NCBI RefSeq assembly: GCF_003334815.1
Contig: NZ_QOWO01000058.1
Source of the DNA: Escherichia coli
GTDB lineage: Bacteria > Pseudomonadota > Gammaproteobacteria > Enterobacterales > Enterobacteriaceae
DNA length: 13,117 nucleotides
Strand: one strand, 5' to 3'
In this document: one piece after another, positions 8,261 to 13,117 of the stretch
How the letters are laid out: every line of letters starts with the position of its first letter
How positions within the stretch are numbered: position 1 is the first letter of the stretch
Position numbers and translations under genes: made by a program
The notes under the pieces: generated by a model
The model's database searches: none
What the model was told of the DNA's origin: nothing
Seen by the model: only the letters and a program-made list of their open reading frames with translations

Positions 8261-8623
8261 TTATCGGTTACATGTTCCGCCAACATTATTACCTGAACAA
8301 CTACTGGAACTTCCTCTGTTACCACATCCATTTCCACTACCATGATCTGAGAGACATTGACCAACAACGGCTCCACCAATGGTACCTCTTGCCATTCCTA
8401 TGGGACCTCCTTTGATCGCACCACCAATCATTCCACTAAATACAGCGTTAGCGCATTTTACAGTGCTTGGATCACTATAAATATGAGTTGGTGCGTTTCG
8501 ACCCAGTGAGTTACGAGCCCCACTGGAACGCTCATTACGGGGGCCACCTTCAAAGTTGCTGTTTGCGTTTCCTCCGCTGACAAGCGTTATCTCATCTAAA
8601 GTTAATTCTCTTATACCTGCCAT
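8261..8623 (-). CDS. mcpM: Class II microcin precursor with double-glycine leader (120 aa), matches microcin PDI McpM from memory
   Basis: N-terminal leader MAGIRELTLDEITLVSGG has the ExLxxxExxxVSGG double-glycine pattern ending at G17-G18, with a second GA site at G35/A36. Gly-rich mature region with GxxxG-like repeats (GGAIKGGPIGMARGTIGGAVVG) and Cys at 57, 90, 100, 109, 118. SD GGGGAAA upstream of ATG 8623-8621. First gene of an operon ending in a C39-ABC exporter. Confidence 0.88.
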   Translation of the reverse strand: MAGIRELTLDEITLVSGGNANSNFEGGPRNERSSGARNSLGRNAPTHIYSDPSTVKCANAVFSGMIGGAIKGGPIGMARGTIGGAVVGQCLSDHGSGNGCGNRGSSSSCSGNNVGGTCNR

Positions 8624-8780
8624 ATCATATTTCCCCTATTGGTTGTTTGTTATTTTGTGCGTTCAAGATAGCCAATAACAAAAATGTAATGAAAGTGAAA
8701 TTGTGTGATTAAATGTAAATATGTGAAAATATTTGTATGTTCTTGAGGTTGTGTGATTACAAAAATATCATCGTGTGAAG
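8624..8780 (-). promoter_or_regulatory. AT-rich promoter/operator region of the microcin operon
   Basis: About 160 bp AT-rich leader between the trbC terminator and the mcpM start. Read on the - strand it contains five TTYAC-type half-sites phased at about 10 bp (TTTCAC, TTTACA, aaTCAC, TTTCAC, aTTACA; + coordinates about 8685-8728). On the + strand TTGTGTGATTA occurs twice (8701-8711, 8749-8759). Exact -35/-10 not assigned. Confidence 0.5.
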
Positions 8781-8808
8781 ATATAAAACCGTGCCAGGGC
8801 TGGCACGG
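8781..8808 (-). terminator. Rho-independent terminator downstream of trbC
   Basis: Perfect 9-bp stem CCGTGCCAG (8789-8797) / CTGGCACGG (8800-8808) with a 2-nt loop; on the - strand it is followed by TTTTATAT (8788-8781). Lies 8 nt after the trbC stop codon (8816-8818). Confidence 0.7.
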
Positions 8809-8815
8809 CCTCTGT

Positions 8816-11107
8816 TCAGTACATTCCGTCCCAGTCCGGACGGTTGGTTTTTTTATGATGAAACCCGTTTACAGGACGCCCTGTCAGGTGGTTATTGTCC
8901 TGTGGAAGCGTTAACAGGTTTATACCTGCTCTTTCTGCTCTCACTGATATCTGATTTTCCTCTTTTGTTTCAGGTAGTTCTGGTCTGTTCAGCGTGATAT
9001 AGCGAATTCGTCGCTCTTCCCGTGTGGTCGTTTTAAGCGTATTCACCGCTGTTTCCCACAAGGCACTTTCACGTGCGTTGATATCCGTGTCGTACTCTTC
9101 CAGCATTGCCATAGCCGCCTGACGTCCTGCAATGCGTTGCTGGAATGTATCCACGATCGTGTGCGGCTCTGTGCGAATTTTTCGTCTTTTTCTGGAGGGT
9201 TTTGCAGTCAGGACGCCAATGATGGCACTGACATTTTCCGGTGACGGTATTCGACGTTGAGTAGTACGGGGAACAAGACGGCGGAGACGGTCCAGGCGTG
9301 GCGCATCCACGCTGATATACCTGTTTATAACAACGGGATCGCTGCTGCAGCTTTTCTCATTGTCAGGGATGAAGAATGATGCTGATGGTACGGTTTCTCC
9401 CCGGAAAATAGAAAAGAACTCGCCAGGATGAAGTTCAATCAACTCCTGAACATCTATCTTACTTTCCATCAGGATGCTGATTTGTGGGCTGTCAATCCAT
9501 GATTCACCAAATATGCCGTCCTGACGCTGCAGGTTGTTCATCCTCGCCCTGGCTTCTTCACCGGCGGCGCTTTTCAGCGTTCTGGCCGTACTGCCCTCGC
9601 TGACAATCCTGCCGGCAAATTTTGTCCCCGTGTTCTGCATCAGTGTTGCAGTATTCGTGGCTGTTGTCTGTCCTTCTATACGTTCCTGGTCCTGTGCCAT
9701 CAAAATCAGAGCAAAATCCAGTGAACGCACCTGAGTGGCTTCCACAGCAATACGGTCTGTATAGTATGCCCCCACTTCATCAAGGAAACACAGATAAGGG
9801 AAACGCCCCTTATATTTTTTGACTTCCAGTGCATCGGAATCAGTTCCTTCGAGGCGGTAGCCCAAATCACGGGCGAGAATCATACTTTTCTGGGTGATAA
9901 ACATTCGTCCCAGAGCAGACGTTGTATGCGCTGATGTATCCAGAGCGGGGATCATTACCATCAGAATCCTGTCGCTGTGAATGCTGTCACGGATATCGAT
10001 ATCACCGGAATCTTCAGCAAAAATATCCCCGAATGCTTCCGTGAATGTGCTGAAAGTTTCAGAAAACTGCCCGGAGAGATAAGCATGTTGTTTTCTGGGT
10101 TCTTCCGTCCAGGCTGATGGTGTCCTGACCAGCGACAGGTCGAAACCGGGAACGTCCTGAAGGTAGTTACGTAACGGTGCGATAGCTTCTTCCGGCCACT
10201 GATCATCGAGGCCACGACAGTAAAGTTTGGCCATCCCTTCGAGAGTCATATGTTCACGGAGCATCTGCAGCGACATTGTTTTGCCTTCGCGCACACACCA
10301 GAATTTAGTACCAAATACCAGTGCCTTGTTCATGGCAATGGCCCGGGACTGCCACTCGCCCCCCTGGACGTTCTGGGGCAACATTGACTGCATTGTCTCC
10401 GCTGTGAATGCCTCAGTGCTGTAACAGAAGGGATTCCAGGTATTTGACTGAGGTCGTGTTTTTTCACCACTCAGAATGATTTCACTGCGGGATTTTCCTC
10501 CGTTCATGAAGTTGATGACTTCCACATCGTCTTCACGGCCAAAGCGTCTGGCCAGATACCAGATCGTTCTTGCCGTATCATTCTGTGCCTTGCCATCGAC
10601 AAGGGTGAATCCTCTTGCCCAGCAAAGCGGGTTAATCGCCCAGGCAAAGATGGTTTCCGTTTTACCACCACCGGTGGTGGCGAAAAACATTATATGGCGG
10701 GTCAGATCGTCCATACTCAGCCACAACTCCCGACCTATATCCCTGACGCGTTGATAACCAACATAAAATATGCCGCTGGCCGGTGACTCCAGGATGACCT
10801 CATACTGAAACAGAGTTGGCCAGAAGCTGAAAAGGCTTCTTTTAATCATTCTGTCCTGTGACGGGTCAGCACATTCCAGCGTCATGGGCATACGAAGAGG
10901 GCAGCGCCATCGCTGCAGACTAAATACCAGCATCGTTATCAGTGTGAACAACAGACATGCCGGTAATGCAAGTGGCCAGATAAAACTGGCCACAAGACTT
11001 GCCACCAGGCAAAAGCCATAGATATTGAGACTCTGGAGTGCATTCCAGACAGGATTTCCCCAGGCTGTACGGTGTAAAAGCTCGGGGTTAACGCGATGTT
11101 CACTCAT
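8816..11107 (-). CDS. trbC: Type IVB coupling-protein-like ATPase TrbC (DotL/IcmO homologue), 763 aa
   Basis: N-terminal TM helices followed by an ATPase domain with P-loop FFATTGGGKTE. ATG 11107-11105 overlaps the trbB 3' end by 8 nt. Position after trbB and size agree with R64 TrbC. Confidence 0.88.
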   Translation of the reverse strand: MSEHRVNPELLHRTAWGNPVWNALQSLNIYGFCLVASLVASFIWPLALPACLLFTLITMLVFSLQRWRCPLRMPMTLECADPSQDRMIKRSLFSFWPTLFQYEVILESPASGIFYVGYQRVRDIGRELWLSMDDLTRHIMFFATTGGGKTETIFAWAINPLCWARGFTLVDGKAQNDTARTIWYLARRFGREDDVEVINFMNGGKSRSEIILSGEKTRPQSNTWNPFCYSTEAFTAETMQSMLPQNVQGGEWQSRAIAMNKALVFGTKFWCVREGKTMSLQMLREHMTLEGMAKLYCRGLDDQWPEEAIAPLRNYLQDVPGFDLSLVRTPSAWTEEPRKQHAYLSGQFSETFSTFTEAFGDIFAEDSGDIDIRDSIHSDRILMVMIPALDTSAHTTSALGRMFITQKSMILARDLGYRLEGTDSDALEVKKYKGRFPYLCFLDEVGAYYTDRIAVEATQVRSLDFALILMAQDQERIEGQTTATNTATLMQNTGTKFAGRIVSEGSTARTLKSAAGEEARARMNNLQRQDGIFGESWIDSPQISILMESKIDVQELIELHPGEFFSIFRGETVPSASFFIPDNEKSCSSDPVVINRYISVDAPRLDRLRRLVPRTTQRRIPSPENVSAIIGVLTAKPSRKRRKIRTEPHTIVDTFQQRIAGRQAAMAMLEEYDTDINARESALWETAVNTLKTTTREERRIRYITLNRPELPETKEENQISVRAERAGINLLTLPQDNNHLTGRPVNGFHHKKTNRPDWDGMY

Positions 11108-12170
11108 GGCCAGACTCGCTGTCGGTGGTTTTCAGGAATAAATTAAGCGTGCCAGTTTCCTGCAGAATTCCAGTAGGCAGATGCCAGCCCGTGTCGGACA
11201 GCACCCATGGGGTACCGGCAAATCCGAACTTACGGAAGGCGACATTGTTAACATCAATCGCAGCTCTGGCTGCTTTCAGGCATGTTTCATCTGCAGGCGT
11301 TGTTTCTTCTGATGGCGTCATCATTCCGTTATCTGCGGAATACAGTCGGTGCCAGCCGGCAGCACGTTTCTGAGCATCTTTTTCACACAGCAGTGGTGCC
11401 ACACGGTCGGTGGATTCCTCTCCACCAATAACTGAAACCGGGTAGATAACGACATTGAAGTCGCTGGCCAGGCGTTTTAAGGCCGGCTCCAGAAGTCTGC
11501 AGTTAGGACAGGCAGGATCGAGAAATGCGAACAGGGTTCGTTCATGACCGGATGACAGGTTGATGGTAAACATGCCCCGATCGGCGTTCCGCTTCAGAAC
11601 AGTAGCCAGATTATGTCGCGCAGCTGCGGCTTCCGGATTTTTGCTTGTGATTGTTTTCTCCGGTACCTGGACGTCTTTTTTCGGGGGAACCGGGAGTTGA
11701 ATGCCTTCATTTAATGGCACAGTGTGATTCAGGTGAGGGGGAAGCAGTCGTGGCTCACCTGCTGTCTGTACTGCTTCAGGCGTTGTATCATCCCAGAATA
11801 CACGATCAACATAGCGGAACAGAGAGAAGCCAATCGTTGCCATTACGAACAGCACAACGCTGGCGATTATGCCACGGAACAAAGGTGTTCTGCTGAAGCG
11901 GCGTTCCATCAGATATTCAAGGCGCAGGCAGGAATCAATAGCTGTAAGTATCTGGTCAGCGTTATGCTCCTGTTTATCAATCAGGAGGGTTTCTTTGTTA
12001 CGGGTGCCCATGGCGTCAAAGGCTATATGAATCAGTTGATTATTTCGTGTTACCAGCCCTGACAGGGCATCCCGTGGAAGGACGGCAATAATTTCTGTCC
12101 TGCCATCCGGCCAGATTGCCTGCACGGAAATATGTTTTGCAATACGTGTTGCAAAGTACTCGATTGTCAT
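11100..12170 (-). CDS. trbB: Thioredoxin-fold protein TrbB (CxxC = CPNC) with N-terminal domain and single TM helix, 356 aa
   Basis: ATG 12170-12168 with SD GGAGAA 8 nt upstream; central hydrophobic helix (LFRGIIASVVLFVMATIGFSLF); C-terminal domain with CPNC active-site motif typical of DsbC/thioredoxin-like conjugation proteins. Confidence 0.82.
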   Translation of the reverse strand: MTIEYFATRIAKHISVQAIWPDGRTEIIAVLPRDALSGLVTRNNQLIHIAFDAMGTRNKETLLIDKQEHNADQILTAIDSCLRLEYLMERRFSRTPLFRGIIASVVLFVMATIGFSLFRYVDRVFWDDTTPEAVQTAGEPRLLPPHLNHTVPLNEGIQLPVPPKKDVQVPEKTITSKNPEAAAARHNLATVLKRNADRGMFTINLSSGHERTLFAFLDPACPNCRLLEPALKRLASDFNVVIYPVSVIGGEESTDRVAPLLCEKDAQKRAAGWHRLYSADNGMMTPSEETTPADETCLKAARAAIDVNNVAFRKFGFAGTPWVLSDTGWHLPTGILQETGTLNLFLKTTDSESGHE

Positions 12171-12188
12171 TTTCAGTTCTCCGGATAA

Positions 12189-12875
12189 TCAGAATTCGTT
12201 GTCTGTAGCAGGTGTGCGGGGCAGGATGTCGTCGGTGAGGGACCAGTTGGTCAGGATGCGGCGTTTCCGGTCGCGATCTGGTTGTGGTTCATCCCAGATA
12301 AGACCGAGACTGAGCATATCCCGCCGTAAGCCTTCCACCGCTTCATCAACACAGGGTTCAGGGCAGGGAAGGCCAAAACGCATGGCTTCGGCCTCTGCAC
12401 GTGCAACGGCCACCACGCCAGCGCCTTCAATAAATCCTTTCGTGGTATTGGCGCGGTGTAATGCATAAAACAGCGTCCTGTCCACGCCTTTCAGCCAAAT
12501 CCAGTTGGGGGGCGTAAGCCGCAGGTCATGTGCATACAGCCAGACCAGCCCACTGCGGACGTAGCGATGTTGTTTCAGCCATTGCTGTGCTCCGTTGCTT
12601 TTAATCACTCTCTGGAAAGCTGATTTGGCCAGTGAATAAACAGGGGTACAGAATTTCCCACTGTCCCGTTTGCTTTTAATTCTGCATGAGAGGTTCAGTG
12701 TATCCATGAGCTTTAATGCTGCCTTACGATCATCCAGGAAATACTGAAGACCAAATATGGCAAAGAGCGCTTTTTCATGTGGTGCCATGTCTTTCCAGGA
12801 CGTTAAAGGTTTACCTAACTGGGCCATGAAACATCGTCTTGCAGCTGCAACATCGAGCTGCATATTGGTGATGAG
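12189..12875 (-). pseudogene. trbA: 3' portion of trbA (DotM/IcmP-like T4BSS component), probably truncated by IS insertion
   Basis: The 259-codon ORF 12189-12968 reads through the IS left terminus; its first 31 codons (12876-12968) are IS sequence. The remaining 228 codons encode a hydrophilic domain with no TM helices, consistent with the C-terminal cytoplasmic part of a DotM-like protein. Gene order trbA-trbB-trbC matches R64. Confidence 0.55.
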
Positions 12876-13117
12876 TGAACCGCCCCGGGAATCCTGGAGA
12901 CTAAACTTCCTGAGAAAGAGGTAAACAGGATGACTAAAAATACTCGTTTTTCCCCCGAAGTCCGTCAACGGGCAGTCCGTATGGTTCTGGAAAGTCAGAG
13001 CGAATATGACTCACAATGGGCGACAATTTGTTCCATTGCTCCAAAGATTGGCTGTACGCCGGAGACTCTGCGTGTCTGGGTTCGCCAGCATGAGCGGGAT
13101 ACCGGGGGCGGTGATGG
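12876..13117 (+). mobile_element. IS3-family insertion sequence (IS629/IS1203-like), left end; continues beyond window
   Basis: Terminus begins 5'-TGAACCGCCCCGGGAATCCTGGAG (12876-) with the TG start typical of IS3-family inverted repeats, followed 54 bp later by the orfA start. OrfA N-terminus MTKNTRFSPEVRQRAVRMVLESQ...TLRVWVRQHERDTGGGDG matches the IS629/IS1203 OrfA helix-turn-helix protein from memory. Confidence 0.85.
12930..13117 (+). CDS. IS3-family transposase OrfA (partial, 5' end only)
   Basis: ATG at 12930 preceded by AGAGG (12917-12921); open to the end of the window (62 codons). HTH-type N-terminal domain; the Gly-rich GGGDG stretch precedes the expected frameshift region. Confidence 0.85.
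   Translation, partial: MTKNTRFSPEVRQRAVRMVLESQSEYDSQWATICSIAPKIGCTPETLRVWVRQHERDTGGGD

Noticed and set aside
8079-8345. + strand 88-aa ORF overlapping mcpI and mcpM, and the + strand 65-aa ORF at 7931-8128
   Set aside because: Antisense to well-supported microcin genes; low-complexity translations from AT-rich DNA; no RBS.
8700-8780. TGTGA motifs read as CRP binding sites
   Set aside because: No canonical TGTGA-N6-TCACA dyad with correct spacing was found. The motifs fit a tandem direct-repeat (response-regulator) model better, though CRP half-site binding cannot be excluded without a matrix scan.
8791-8997. + strand 68-aa ORF spanning the trbC 3' end
   Set aside because: It starts inside the terminator hairpin and is antisense to the trbC C-terminal coding region, so it is likely spurious.
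9534-12466. Short ORFs within trbC, trbB and trbA (e.g. 9534-9734 +, 9961-10215 -, 10476-10754 +, 11125-11373 +, 11724-12062 +, 12199-12468 +, 12251-12466 -)
   Set aside because: Antisense or out-of-frame overlaps with long conserved conjugation genes; no independent support.
12189-12968. The 259-aa ORF as an intact gene
   Set aside because: Its first 31 codons lie inside the IS terminal sequence (12876-12968). It is better explained as a fortuitous in-frame read-through from the IS end into a truncated trbA. An internal start at Met36 (12863) is possible but would sit 13 bp from the IS end with no RBS.
1-13117. CRISPR arrays, tRNA/rRNA genes, integrase or attachment sites
   Set aside because: No regularly spaced direct repeats with unique spacers, no cloverleaf-like tRNA candidates and no tyrosine/serine recombinase ORF were seen. 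The only mobile element evident is the IS3-family end at the right edge.

Overview
This window looks like the oriT-proximal end of an IncI1 (R64/ColIb-P9-type) conjugative plasmid transfer region carrying an AT-rich cargo island. Left to right: an oriT-like inverted-repeat region, nikA (RHH relaxosome accessory protein) and nikB (MOB-P relaxase) on the + strand; an orphan hypothetical gene (+); then on the - strand a five-gene class II microcin locus (precursor, small immunity protein, CPBP/CAAX-type membrane protease, HlyD-family protein, C39-peptidase ABC exporter); then trbC (DotL/IcmO-like coupling ATPase), trbB (thioredoxin-fold CPNC protein) and a 3' fragment of trbA cut by an IS3-family element whose left end and transposase orfA start run off the window. 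The microcin locus matches, from memory, the published microcin PDI system (mcpM-mcpI-mcpA-mcpD-mcpB): 120-aa precursor, Gly17-Gly18 leader site, Gly35/Ala36 second site, Cys57 and Cys90. I therefore regard it as most likely a described system rather than a new one, but I cannot run a search to confirm. The features I find most worth following up are the CPBP protease inside a Gram-negative microcin operon, a 10-bp-phased TTYAC array in the microcin promoter region, and the IS insertion that probably disables conjugation. All coordinates come from reading the sequence and ORF track by hand; no database search or computation was possible.
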